From Octopus sinensis (Eukaryota), in the NCBI RefSeq assembly GCF_006345805.1, contig NC_043003.1:64480001-64544000 (forward strand): a stretch of DNA of 64,000 bases, read 5' to 3'. The translations under genes were made by a program, and so were the position numbers. The notes beneath the pieces are model-generated. The model was given only the letters and a program-made list of their open reading frames with translations. It was not told where the DNA came from and did no database searches. Below, in pieces: positions 13,546 to 25,212 of this stretch; the stretch's first letter is position 1; every line of letters starts with the position of its first letter.

Positions 13546-13808
13546 GCTTTTATACTGATAACGCTTTATTTTCGACATTTAGATTTATTTTAGTTTTATA
13601 CGCCTGAAATATTCTTTCCAAGCCTTTCTTTGTGTTGTTTATCCTTTTTTAAAACAAATATTTGTCAGTTTGTTATTAGCTTAATCATTTTATTTAAGTT
13701 TCTTGATTTTGAATGATATAACTGTTTGGTATTTAATTTCCTGTCAAGATTGCATTGGCGTATTTTCGAAATCAAATTCCATACAAATTTGTTTAATGTA
13801 TGAAAGGC

Positions 13809-14243
13809 AAAGTAGCCTCGACAAATTTTGAAGTAGAGCGTCGGATAGAATGCCTTGCGGTATTCGTTCCGACTCTTCTGCACTCAAACGTTTTTGTTAA
13901 CCTGCCATAATGTCACTACCAAGTTTGGTAGCTTAAAACCAAGTTCTGTAAAATAGAATTGGCGCATAGCATTATATAATCTTCCAAGATTGTCATTTAA
14001 AATGTGGCTGGTATCGATCTTAGCGATCATTCTCCCGATGACAATGAAACATGTACCAACTACATACTAGATACAGTTTAATAAATTTTTACCCTTTATT
14101 TTATAGAACTTGGTTTCATACTACAAAACTTGGTAGTGATTCTACGGCGAGTAAGCAGAAACGGTAGACCGCAGAAGAGTCAGAACGGATACCATAAAGC
14201 TTTCTATCCGACGCTCTAGTTCAGAACTTGTCGAAGTTACTTT
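13809..14243. repeat. Long diverged inverted repeat (about 147-bp arms, about 140-bp spacer)
   Basis: 13809-13955 is the reverse complement of 14097-14243 (e.g. tcactaccaagttt.gtag...aaaccaagttct.taaaata). The outer parts are SINE-head-like. Confidence 0.8.
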
Positions 14244-14829
14244 AATTAAGTGGTTAACATTTAACAAAAATTAACTAATCGATTGGTTGATTGATCGTTC
14301 GGTTGCTCGATCAACCAACCAGTTTTATCAAAGCTTTTTCGTCGCCATTCGCGACTCCATCAATGACATGGCCTCTTTACTCCATAGCTAAGCAGACTGA
14401 ACCATTATTCAAACAATCGATTAGATAATTGGTTGAATGGTTGACCAAGTGACAAATAAATATAAATTAGTGAAATAGAACCAGTGATTGTGTTTATTAT
14501 TGGCATAATGACCCTCTAGAAATACGTTCCTACAGACGAGTTCAAATGAAGAATCTTGCAGACCAAATACAATTACAAAACATTCAAGATATATAAGAAG
14601 AACGAGATGGTCATGTTAGGAATGCCTTAGATCTAAGATCTGCTCGATGAAAGCCAGCATGAGGCAATTACTTGTAATAATGATTTCAAATTTTGACACA
14701 AGACCAGCAACTTTCGGAGGAATGGGATTAGTCGATTACATCGACCCTAGTACTTAACTGGTATTTATTTTATCGACCCCCCCCCGAAAGGATGAAAAGC
14801 GAAATGGACCTCCGTCTGTCCGTCTCTCC

Positions 14830-14866
<37 letters not shown>

Positions 14867-14999
14867 GTATCAACACTGAACAGTTTACGAACAAAGATTT
14901 CCAAGCAAATGGAATTGAATTTATTCAATACGCCTACCCATCAACATGACTACATGGAAGATCATAACTTCAGAGAAAGAAAAAAATCAAAGTGGTCGA

Positions 15000-16315
15000 T
15001 CAAAAGAATTATATATACACACACACAAAAAATAAGCAGAATGCAGATGGATTGGAGTTATCCTGGGGTGGGTGTGCGAAAATCGTGTGTGCAAGGAGAC
15101 TTTACACGAATGAAAATTATAAAGAGCTTAAGAAGAGTGCGATCCATAATCACGCTTCAACTGCTGCAGAGGTAAATGCAAGGATAATAGTTTCAAATAT
15201 TAAAGTAAAGTCTGTTTCATCTAGTGATGCCCCTCGCTCAATTATCGCTTGTGAATTTCAGAATTTAAACGACTTTACGTTCTTGCAAATAACTTAATAA
15301 GAATATTAGACATCGGAGACAAGCTGATTCCAACTATCCTGCCACTTCATTTACAAATGTTGGGGTTTTCCATTCCAAGTAAATACTCTTGCCTTGACAA
15401 TGATGAAACGGTTTTACTATATGACAGCAGCATGGAAGATACAAAACGAATACTAATATTCGACAGTTAAAACAGCACAGGAACTGAGCGGCAGATGGAA
15501 CACTTAATTGCTGCTCTGGTATATTTTTTCAGCTATATATATACTTCACATTCAAATTGATAATTTTTAATGTCTCACAATTGTTCGCAAAAGTCAAGAC
15601 ACATATAATAGACTTTTTGCCAAAATAAACGATTAACTACAGAATGAGGGATTCCGAAAAAGCCACCCATAACGGATTTCTGGAATCGTTTCCTGGGTCG
15701 AATTTGGCATGCTGTTTGTTTCATTTAGGACAAAATGTGTACAAGCATGTTGTTCAAGAAGGAGTAAAATGCAGATATCATGAAAACGACAGTTTTAGTC
15801 TAAAAATGCGGTGTTTTGTTGCCTTTGCCTTCCTGCCGGTTGATGATGTAGATGGATATGAACAACTTGTACATGATGATGATATTCCACAGTCAATTGT
15901 ATCCTATTTTGAAAATTATATAGGACCACCTAGAGGAAGAGAACATAGGAGGTGACGCCTTGAACCTCCATTTCCATTACCTGTATGGAATGTTTGGGAT
16001 CTATGTATGACAGGGATTGCTCGTACTACAAATAGTTTAGAAGCTTATCACAGCGTGCTGAAAAACACAGTGAATATTAGTCATCCAAATATTTGGAAAC
16101 TTATTGGTGTGATTAAATGTGAGGAAATGTTTGCCAGTACCAAACTACCGAAGCTTATGCAAGAAGAATCAAGCCAAAAGAAAAATACTGAGATACGAAC
16201 CTGAGTATAAAAATACTGAGATACGAACCTGAGTATAAAAAATGTCATGGAAAAATATGATTCAAGCCAAATAATTATTCTTGTAAAAGCAATTACACAC
16301 AATCTTAAATTTTAA
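15000..16315 (+). mobile_element. Decayed FLYWCH-MULE (Mutator-like) transposase
   Basis: C..ARRLYTN...IHNH (FLYWCH-like), DSEKATHNGF..FPGSNLACCLFHLGQ, FAFLPVDDV, TTNSLEAYH and HPNIWKLI, with stops and frameshifts. Confidence 0.85.
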
Positions 16316-16416
16316 GAAAAGATAAATATGCAATACAGCAAACCTTAAAATAAATGTTTTTTAAAATTCAGATATAATAATTTTTATTATTATTATCATA
16401 ATTACTTCAAAATATT

Positions 16417-16616
16417 TCCACAAGGGCAGCTTAGGGGAGGTGGTGATGAATCTATCACATCGACCCCAGTGTTCAACTGGTACTTATTTCATCGACTCTG
16501 AAAGAATGAAAGGCAAAGTCGACCTCGGCGGAATTTGAACTCAGAACGTACAGACGGGCGAAAAAAGCCGCTGAGCATTTCGTCCATAGTGCTAACGATT
16601 CTACCAGCTCGCAGCC

Positions 16617-16617
<1 letters not shown>
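16417..16617 (-). mobile_element. SINE family A copy abutting the (TAA)n that hosts the LINE
   Basis: Central domain and head complement ...ctaccagctcgcagcc. Confidence 0.85.
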
Positions 16618-16654
<37 letters not shown>

Positions 16655-16721
16655 GAACAGCCAAAAAAAAGGAGTATGACGAACGAACAGTCAAAGAAAA
16701 AAAAAAAAAAAAAAAAGGAGT

Positions 16722-17735
16722 ATGAAAATAACAAACTCGGCATCTGAACAACTTTGGACCCCCATAACAACTGAAGAGGTCACCCAGGCACTGCAAAAAC
16801 TAAGCAACTGGAAGGCACCTGGGCATGACAAGATCCCCAACTTCTGGTTGAAATATCTAACAGGAATGCACAAAAAGCTGGCTGAAAACTTTAACAGCAT
16901 ACTGGCAGAGCCAGAGACAATGCCTGAATGGCTCACGAAGGGGAAAACCATCTTAATTCCCAAATCAAATGAAACAACAAAACCAGAAAACTACAGACCA
17001 ATAACCTGTCTCCCTACTATGTTCAAGGCATTTACTGCAGTGATATCGCAAAGGCTGAACAAGCACCTGGACGAAAACAAACTGTTCCCAGAAGAGCAGA
17101 AAGGATGCCGCAAGGGCTCATATGGCTGTAAAGATCAACTAATGATTAATAAAGCCGTAACTGAAGACAGCCACAGAAAGAAGAAATGCCTCAGTATGGC
17201 CTGGATTGACTACAAAAAGGCGTTTGATAGCATCCCCCACACATGGATCCTCGAAACACTAGCCATTAACAAAGTAGCACCAACAATCATAAAATTCATA
17301 GAGCACTCTATGAATAAATGGCAAACAGTCCTACACCTCCAAACAAAAGAGGGACTCATGAAAACCAAAGACATCCCCATTAGAAGAGGAATATTCCAGG
17401 GAGACACGCTCTCTCCACTCCTTTTCTGCTTGGCACTGTCACCTCTATCTGATATGCTAAATAGAACTGGATGCGGATATAAATGTTACGGCAAAACGAT
17501 CAGCCACCTTTTATATATGGATGACCTAAAACTATACGCTGCAAATGACAAACAGCTGGAAACACTATTAAAGACAGTTCATGGATTTACCAAAGAAATA
17601 GATATGAAATTTGGATTAGAAAAACGCGCCAAAGTAACCATGAAAAAAGGAAAACTAGTTAAGAGTAACAACATCACACTAGATAAAACCAATGAAATAA
17701 AAGAATTAGACCAAGCCAAACTTACAAATACTTAG
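16722..17735 (+). CDS. Reverse transcriptase domain of the R4/Dong-like LINE (partial, ends at a frameshift)
   Basis: 337-aa ORF with complete non-LTR RT motifs; continues in another frame as TYKYLG. Confidence 0.9.
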   Translation: MKITNSASEQLWTPITTEEVTQALQKLSNWKAPGHDKIPNFWLKYLTGMHKKLAENFNSILAEPETMPEWLTKGKTILIPKSNETTKPENYRPITCLPTMFKAFTAVISQRLNKHLDENKLFPEEQKGCRKGSYGCKDQLMINKAVTEDSHRKKKCLSMAWIDYKKAFDSIPHTWILETLAINKVAPTIIKFIEHSMNKWQTVLHLQTKEGLMKTKDIPIRRGIFQGDTLSPLLFCLALSPLSDMLNRTGCGYKCYGKTISHLLYMDDLKLYAANDKQLETLLKTVHGFTKEIDMKFGLEKRAKVTMKKGKLVKSNNITLDKTNEIKELDQAKLTNT

Positions 17736-18715
17736 GAATCCATGAACTAGATAAGACACAACACACACAAATGAAAGAGAAAATAAAAGAATATTATAGA
17801 CGAGTTAGATCAATACTAAAAACAGAGCTCAATGCTAAAAACAAGATAATAGGTATCAACACTTTAGCTGTCCCAGTTATAAGTTACAGCTACAATATCC
17901 TTAACTGGACACGAAATGAACTGTCCAAAATAGATAGGAAAACAAGAAAAATACTGACAGGATCTAGGATGCATCACCCAAAATCTGACATAGAAAGACT
18001 ATATATACAACGTATAGAAGGTGGTAGAGGCCTTATACAGCTGGAAAACTACTATAAAATAACCACCATAGGACTGCAAAAATACCTACTTCAGAAGAAG
18101 AAAACTGATCCAGATAGCAGCAAAAACGAGCAAAACAAAAAACTGTTCTCAGTATTTAAGGAAGCTGACAAATACAAACAAGAAATCATACCACCTAATA
18201 AACACAAAAAAGAAGAAGATGATGAAGAAACAACAAAACTATAAACAAATGAAATAAATCCAAACTAAAAATAGAACAGCAACGAGCTAGATAAAACGAT
18301 GGCAAGAAAAACCCCTTCATGGTAAATACTGCACTAAACTAAACGCAAAAGAAATAGACAAAGAAAAATCCCAGCAATGGTTGAGAAGCTCAGGACTCAA
18401 AGCAGAAACAGAGGGATTTTTAATTGCAGCACAAGACCAAAGCCTCCCCACCAGAAATTACCAAAAACATGTAATGAAAAGAAATATTACAAGTAACTGC
18501 AGAATATGTGGAGATGGACAAAACAATAAATCATATTCTCTCTAGCTGCCCAGTCCTGGCTAAGAAGGAATATATTCACAGACATGACAGAGTTGGAACC
18601 TACATACATTGGAAGCTATGCCAACATTATGGAATAACAACAGAAAAAAGATGGTATAGGCACACACACACCAGAAAAGGTCACAGAAAACGAGAAAGCA
18701 ACCATACTCTGGGAT

Positions 18716-19069
18716 ATGCCGATACACACAGATAGAGAAATTAAGGCCAACAGACCAGATATAGTTGTCAGAGATCATGAAGAAAAAAAATGCTTTCTAA
18801 TTGATGTATCAATACCGGCAGATGACAACGTGTCTCTAAAAGAAATGGAGAAACTCTCAAAATACAAAGACTTGGAAATAGAGGTAACTAGAATGTGGAA
18901 CCTGAAAACAGAAACAATTCCTATCATAGTAGGTGCATTAGGCATGATAAAAAAATATTCAGACAAATACATAACAAAAACACCAGGACTTACAAACACA
19001 TATAACATACAGAAAATTGCACTACTAGGCACTGCACACATCCTACGCAGAACACTTTCCATACAATAA
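18716..19069 (+). CDS. Restriction-like endonuclease domain of the R4/Dong-like LINE (partial)
   Basis: ANRPDIVVRD..CFLIDVSIP..EKLSKYKDL..PIIVGALG..QKIALLGTAHILRR. Confidence 0.9.
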   Translation: MPIHTDREIKANRPDIVVRDHEEKKCFLIDVSIPADDNVSLKEMEKLSKYKDLEIEVTRMWNLKTETIPIIVGALGMIKKYSDKYITKTPGLTNTYNIQKIALLGTAHILRRTLSIQ

Positions 19070-19178
19070 CCATCAGAGCATCACAACAAATCACAGCACA
19101 TACCCAAGGCACACAGAGCTGCGCTCGGTAGTGAAGTGAAAGCACGCTATAAAAATAAAACTACTGAATAATATAATA

Positions 19179-19242
<64 letters not shown>

Positions 19243-20075
19243 GGTACTGAAGCCTATTTACCAGGCTTACTATCCCTACAGGAAGTGCAAAAAATCGTGT
19301 TAACTGGACTCATGTACTGAGAAGAGCATTATCGCTGTGAAAACAACATCCATTCATTACCTGTGAATTTGCGCGTGTAATCTGGGAATGCTTCTCTGCC
19401 CTTGGTGTACGGAAAACACTTGGCGAGAGATGGAAGAAATTTTGAAGAAAGAAGGAAAACAACAACAACAACAACAACACAAGTGCTGTTTTCTAAAATA
19501 TCTTTGTATAAAAGTTGGAAGCAATGTTGTTTACCATACAGATGTTTAATTTCAACTTGTTAAAGACATTCCTGTTTCCTGCACATTTTAAATGGGCCGT
19601 AGTATAAACCGCTCTGGAGGATTACTTTAACATAAATTTTCACTCAATTTATTGCTCGCTGTCTGTTAGCTTCAGCTATTTTAAGGTTATTATGTGTTAA
19701 TGAAACTGTTTTAATATCATGTTCACTTCTTCAGGAATAGCACAAATGCATTTTCTTCAGAATCACATATACTCAAGTATAAACACGACAGACATTAATG
19801 AAACCATTTCAAGTCTTTGTTTAGTTTTCCCTGTAACATAAATATTTCCAGTTTATGTAATACAGCATTTTTTTTCTGTTCACATGTGACGTACGTAACC
19901 TATAATTACAGAATTTTCTTTTTTATAGTCTAGTTTCCAACCTGATATATTTCTTTAAAGAAACCTCATTCTTTTTTTATTTTACAAAATAAAGAGATGC
20001 TTTGTTAAAACTTTTAAGAAGACATTTCAAAGTAGCTTTATTGCTTCTCTGTTGAAGTTACTAAAATAACTGAAG

Positions 20076-20131
<56 letters not shown>

Positions 20132-20332
20132 AAGTCTTTCGCAGATTTTATTTCTGAGTGTCTTACGAGGTTTACTTAGAAGTATTTGTAAATATTGTAT
20201 CATATATCATTGTTATTCTCTTTAACTTTCGTTTCTAATAACCTTAATTGCACTCATCATACAATGTATGTATACGCATGTATATTCGAAGTGTGTAAGT
20301 TAGAATATTTCGTAGCCAATAAAATCTCCGAG

Positions 20333-20391
<59 letters not shown>

Positions 20392-20394
20392 GTG

Positions 20395-20680
20395 AAAAAG
20401 AATATATACCATAAAAGTGCATCGGACCTCTGCAGAATGTGTGGGAAGAGGGTCGAAAGTGTGGCTCACATTGTTAGTGCTTGTGAAAGTCTTGCACAGA
20501 AAGTGTACACGCGTAGACACGACAAAGTACATCAAAACCTCCACTAGCTACTATGCCGTAAGTATGAATTTGAGGTTACGAGTGGTTGGTACCAACATAC
20601 ACCGGAAAAGGTAATGGACGAAACGGGGGAAGGCAAAAATCCTCTGGGACTTTTTGACTGGATTGAATAAAATCCAAGCA
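20395..20680 (+). mobile_element. Older R4/Dong fossil (CCHC to RLE start) directly after (AAT)n
   Basis: SDLCRMCGKRVESVAHIVSACESLAQKVYTRRHDKV..WYQHTPEKVMDETGKAKILWDF. Confidence 0.8.
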
Positions 20681-20739
20681 GTTTAATACGTGGGTGACTG
20701 TATCACTTCGGTATGGAGCGGAAATTATAAAATGACAAA

Positions 20740-21880
20740 AGAAGGAAATGAAGAAGAAAAATGGATACCAAGACCAGAAAAATGTTGACAGTACACGGAG
20801 CCTTCCACCCTAAGAATGACATCAATAGGGTGTATTTGTCCAAAAGGAAGGGTGCCAGGACAGTATCGAAGCAGAGGAAAACAGCCTAGGGTGGTACATA
20901 AAAAAATGATGCGGAGCCACTGTTGAAACACACGAAGAAGGCCGGCGTCATCAAAGCTGAAAATTGTGTAACTAAAGGAAAATATAAACAAGAAATGAAC
21001 AAAAAAAAAAAAAAGGAAAAGCATGAAAGGAAAAGAAAATGTATGTTTAGTTTGCAAGAGATGCGAACGCGAAGACAGATACAGAGGACCGGTGGCTATG
21101 GATGAAGAGGAGTGAACTGAAGATAGCGACAGAAGCACTCATGTGCGCAGCTCAGGAACAAGCGTTAAGGACCAATTAAATGAAGTGTAGAATTGACAAC
21201 ACTACTGATAGTGACAAATACAGAATGTGTGTTTAGAGGGGTGAAACGGTATGGCATATCGTTAGCGAATGCCCGAAATTGGCACAACGCGAATGCAAAA
21301 GACAATGTGGCAGGAATGATCCATTGCAAGCTGTGTGGAAATCACGGCTTACAAAGAGCAAAGACGTGGTATGAACAAACCCCAGAAGGAGTCACCGAAA
21401 ATGAGAATTGCAAAATCCTGTAGGATACAATGATCCAGTGCGATCACCCGACCAGACACTGAAAACCAGACATTGTTGTGGTGAATAAAAAAGCACATGT
21501 ATGATAATCGACAAAGCATGTCCCAGTGACAACAGGATCATTGTGAAAGAAGAAGAAAAAAATAAAGAACTATGCCGATTTGAAGTGGGAAATACGAAGG
21601 TTGTGGGCAATGAGGAGAGTAGACGTGATACCAATAGTAACTGGCGCACTTTGAAGTATGAGCGCTCAACTATCAACATGGCTGAAAAAAAAAGATCGGT
21701 GCAAGTGTGAAGGTAGAACACCTACAAAAATCAGCATTGCTTGGAACTGCAAGAATTCTTTGTAGGGTTCTTGTAGCATGACCAGTAAACAAGTGTCACC
21801 TTAGCCTGCCGGCTGTGGACAGCTGACATTTTCCATCTTCTCCAGCAAAATAAGCTGTGAATTTTCATCACAATTTTTGG
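20740..21880 (+). mobile_element. Older R4/Dong fossil, 3' third
   Basis: MDTKTRKMLTVHGAFHPKNDINRVYL, TEALMCAAQEQALRTN, ETVWHIVSECPKLAQ, KPDIVVVNK, LQKSALLGTARIL; many stops. Confidence 0.85.
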
Positions 21881-22064
21881 GGCAGAGGCCAAATGAATTG
21901 CGGCGACTCCAGTACTCAACTGGTACTTATTTTATCGACCACGAAAGGAGGAAAGGCAAAGTCAAACTCGGCGGAATTTGAACTCAGAACGTAGCGCGGC
22001 AAATGAAATATCGCTAAGCATTTTGCCCGGCTTGCTAACGTTTCTGCCAGCTCGCCACCTTTGA

Positions 22065-22132
<68 letters not shown>

Positions 22133-22350
22133 TAACAATAATTTTTATTATAGGTACAAGGCCTGAAATTTGTGTGTGCGTGTGTGTGGGGGGTGGGGGT
22201 GGGGCAAGCCAATTATATAGAAACCAGTGCGTAACTGGTACTTATTTCATCGACATAAAAAAAATGAAAGACAAAGTCAACCTCGGCAGAATCTGAATTC
22301 GGAAAGGAAAGAGCCAAGCATTTTGTCCTCGCTGTTAACGATTCTGCCAT
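21870..22350 (-). mobile_element. Two SINE family A copies separated by (TAA)n
   Basis: Central domain and head complements at about 21900-22062 and 22225-22350. Confidence 0.8.
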
Positions 22351-22478
22351 TTCATTGCCTTCTGAGTATAATAAAATGTCAGTTTGAAACCAGCTCCTAT
22401 CCATTGAAAAGAGAAGAAAAAATGTGACAACGACGGTAAATTCCAGTACATCAAAACAAGCAACGAATCACTTATTTC

Positions 22479-22860
22479 TGTTACATTCTATCTCTTGATT
22501 TAGGGGCCTTTATTTCAACACTAGGCGTGGTATAAGTCTGACTTTATCATAACATTATATTATCTATTTGTTTTATACGTATCACCATTTCACTTTGGCA
22601 GTATTCTCTTACTTTAACGTACGCAGTGGAGATTACCTTTGCCGCCATTTATTTAGAGTTTTGTCGACGTAGAGGAGTTCTTTCTTTCTTCATCCTACCC
22701 CCTTGTACTAAGAAAAGAGCCCTGTTGTTGTTTTTGTCTTGTTTGAGCACTTCTTCGGTTATACTATATCTCGGTCAGTTGATGATCCGTTGACCCTGAG
22801 CAAATTTCTATTGCATTATATAATTGGTGCCTACACACGACACGGACATACACTTATATA
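22479..22860. mobile_element. Possible solo-LTR-like dispersed repeat
   Basis: Starts TGTTACA, has non-coding LTR-like composition and ends near a TGGTGCC PBS-like motif. No partner LTR was seen. Confidence 0.25.
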
Positions 22861-23104
22861 CACAGATGATGTGTTGTAGCAGTCGCAGCCTGCTGTACTG
22901 TGTATAGCAAATATTTCCAGCAGATCAACGATGGGAAAACGCAATGCCGAAGCTGACTGGCCACTTTGAATGTTGTCATTATCAATGAAATTAATGACTG
23001 CTCATCTGTAACATGTTACCTGTGGCAGCCTTGCTGATCCGATTGTAACGTCACAATAAACTGTATTAAAATAATAGTATGTAATATATATATATATATA
23101 TGTA

Positions 23105-23495
23105 TACTCTTACTCTTTTACTCTTTTACTTGTTTCAGTCATGTGACTGTGGCCATGCTGGAGCACCGTCTTTAGTCGATCAAATCGACCCTAGGACTAC
23201 TTCTTTGTAAGCCTAGTACTTATTTTATCGGTCTCTTTTTTGCCGAACCGCTAAGTTACGGGGACGTAAACACATCAGCAGACAAACACACACACACACA
23301 CACACACATATATTTATATATATACATATATATACGACGGGCTTCTTTCAGTTTCCGTCTACCAAATCCACTCACAAGGCTTTGGTCGGGCCGAGGCTAT
23401 ACTAGAAGACACTTACCCAAGGTGCCACGCAGTGGGACTGAACCCAGAACCATGTGGTTCGTAAGCAAGCTACTTACCACACAGCCACTCCTACG

Positions 23496-23497
<2 letters not shown>
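23105..23497 (-). mobile_element. SINE family B, full length
   Basis: Head GGCGTAGGAGTGGCTGTGTGGTAAG...GGGTTCAGTCCCACTG, CORE-like ACCTTGGGTAAGTGTCTT and (AAAGAGT)n tail. Confidence 0.92.
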
Positions 23498-23544
<47 letters not shown>

Positions 23545-23619
23545 CACCAATAAACTGTATTAAATAATGTCTCAACAAACTGTCACAATAAACTAAAATA
23601 CTATTATTTTAATGATATT

Positions 23620-23776
23620 AACTTAAAAGTCGATAAGCAAGGTCATGGAGAAGCGACGCAAAGCTGCAGAAACGTGGTTTTATAGAAAAATGCTTAGAAT
23701 CTCGTGGGTACAGGGGCTTACGAATGTGGAACTGTTGAAGAAGATGAAAGTGAAGAGACGGTTGATGGATACTATT

Positions 23777-23822
<46 letters not shown>

Positions 23823-24082
23823 AAGAGAGAGAGAGAAGAGAGAGAGAGTGGAGATATGTTGGTCATTTTCTCAGAGAAGATGACGGAATGGAGCGTTACA
23901 TGGTGGAGACTGGGCTGGTGAGAAGGAGAGAGAGGGAAAGGCAGAGAATGAAGATGCTCGACTGGAGGAAGAAGAGAATGAACGTGCAGAGCGAGAAAGA
24001 TCAGGGTGATTTTATGAGAGACAGAAATAAATGGAGTAAAAACAAGCCATGATTCGTCAACGGTATGGCCATGCTATGACAA
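23620..24082 (+). mobile_element. RTE-clade LINE 3' fragment with in-frame (GA)n
   Basis: EKRRKAAETWFYRKMLRISW..TNVELLKKM..WRYVGHFLRE..R.RERQRMKMLD, typical of the RTE RT C-terminus. Confidence 0.8.
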
Positions 24083-24316
24083 GGCGGAGAGCTGGCAGAA
24101 GCGTTAGCACGTCGGGCGAAATGCTTAGTGGTATTTCGTCTGCCGTTGCGTTGTGAGTTCAAATTCCGCCGAGGTCGACTTTACCTTTCATCCTTTCGGG
24201 GTCGATAAATTAAGTACCAGTTACGCACTGGGGTCGATGTAATCGACTTAATACCTATGTCTGTCCTTGTTTTTCCCTTCTATGTTTAGCCCCTTGTGGG
24301 TAACAAAGAAATAGGT
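24083..24316 (+). mobile_element. SINE family A monomer with about 20-bp TSD
   Basis: Flanked by GGTATG(G/A)C(C/T)ATGCTATGACA. Confidence 0.9.
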
Positions 24317-24331
24317 ATGACTATGCTATGA

Positions 24332-24377
<46 letters not shown>

Positions 24378-25212
24378 CGTCACAATAAATTGTATTGAAA
24401 TAATAGTATTAATAATGGCTTAAACGTTAGCACAAGCCCGTTACTTTTAGGGAATGGAGATTAATTGTATGATTGTGTATTTTGTAATTTAATATTTATC
24501 CTCAATTTAAACTTGGATGTCCTATTAGAACAAGCTTTACTGCAGTAGATACCATGAGAAGAACTCTCATATAGGCTTTTGGTGCAAAATGTACGCTTGC
24601 TTATATCACTAGCGGGGAGATAACTCCCCACCAACTGTAGCACTGAGAACACCAGCTCACGTGATTTCGACCTTCCTTAGTCTCGTCGGTGGTGGATGCT
24701 CGACCGCCAGAGATAGCAGGTATTCATTTCCTCGCTAGAGAAATATAGAAAATCAGTGCCAGAACAGGCGCTGGTGTTGTGATTAGCCAGTGGGCTTGTT
24801 AGAAAATACATATTAGCGTCAGAGGCATTATTAATACCAAGAAGTAATAGTTATTCTTATTTGAACGTGGCTGTTTTGTTAGAACAAACTACACTGTGGT
24901 AGATACTACGAGAGAAAAACTCATATAGGTTTTTTTTTTGTGCAAAATACACGCTTGTTTAGATCGCTAGCTGGGAGAAAACTCCCCACCAACTCCAGCG
25001 CCGAAACAACCAGATCTCGTGATTTCGTTCTTCCTTAGTATGTATCCTTTCGAAATAACTAAGGAATGAAGTTAAAGCAAGTTTCATATTATATATTTGA
25101 AAAGATTAATAAAGGCCGATAAGTAATTAACATTAGCTATATTCATACAGCAAGAAGCAAAACAAGTCTATAAATGTTTTCCCCAGCACAGCAGAGCAAG
25201 CAGGCTCGCAGG

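Larger units (their letters stand above)
16722..19166 (+). mobile_element. 5'-truncated R4/Dong-clade non-LTR retrotransposon (RT, CCHC, RLE) inside a (TAA)n microsatellite
   Basis: RT motifs NWKAPG, NYRPITCL, WIDYKKAFDS, GIFQGDTLSP, YMDD; CRIC..HILSSC knuckle; RPDIVV..LIDVSIP..EKLSKY endonuclease; about 100-bp 3' UTR; (TAA)n on both sides. Confidence 0.95.

Noticed and set aside
14500-14650. Possible RTE-like GHV motif
   Set aside because: Similarity too weak and frame-broken.
16181-16236. 28-bp tandem duplication in the MULE relic (similar small ones at 9790-9850, 53780-53840, 60157-60183)
   Set aside because: Ordinary slippage duplications with no further structure.
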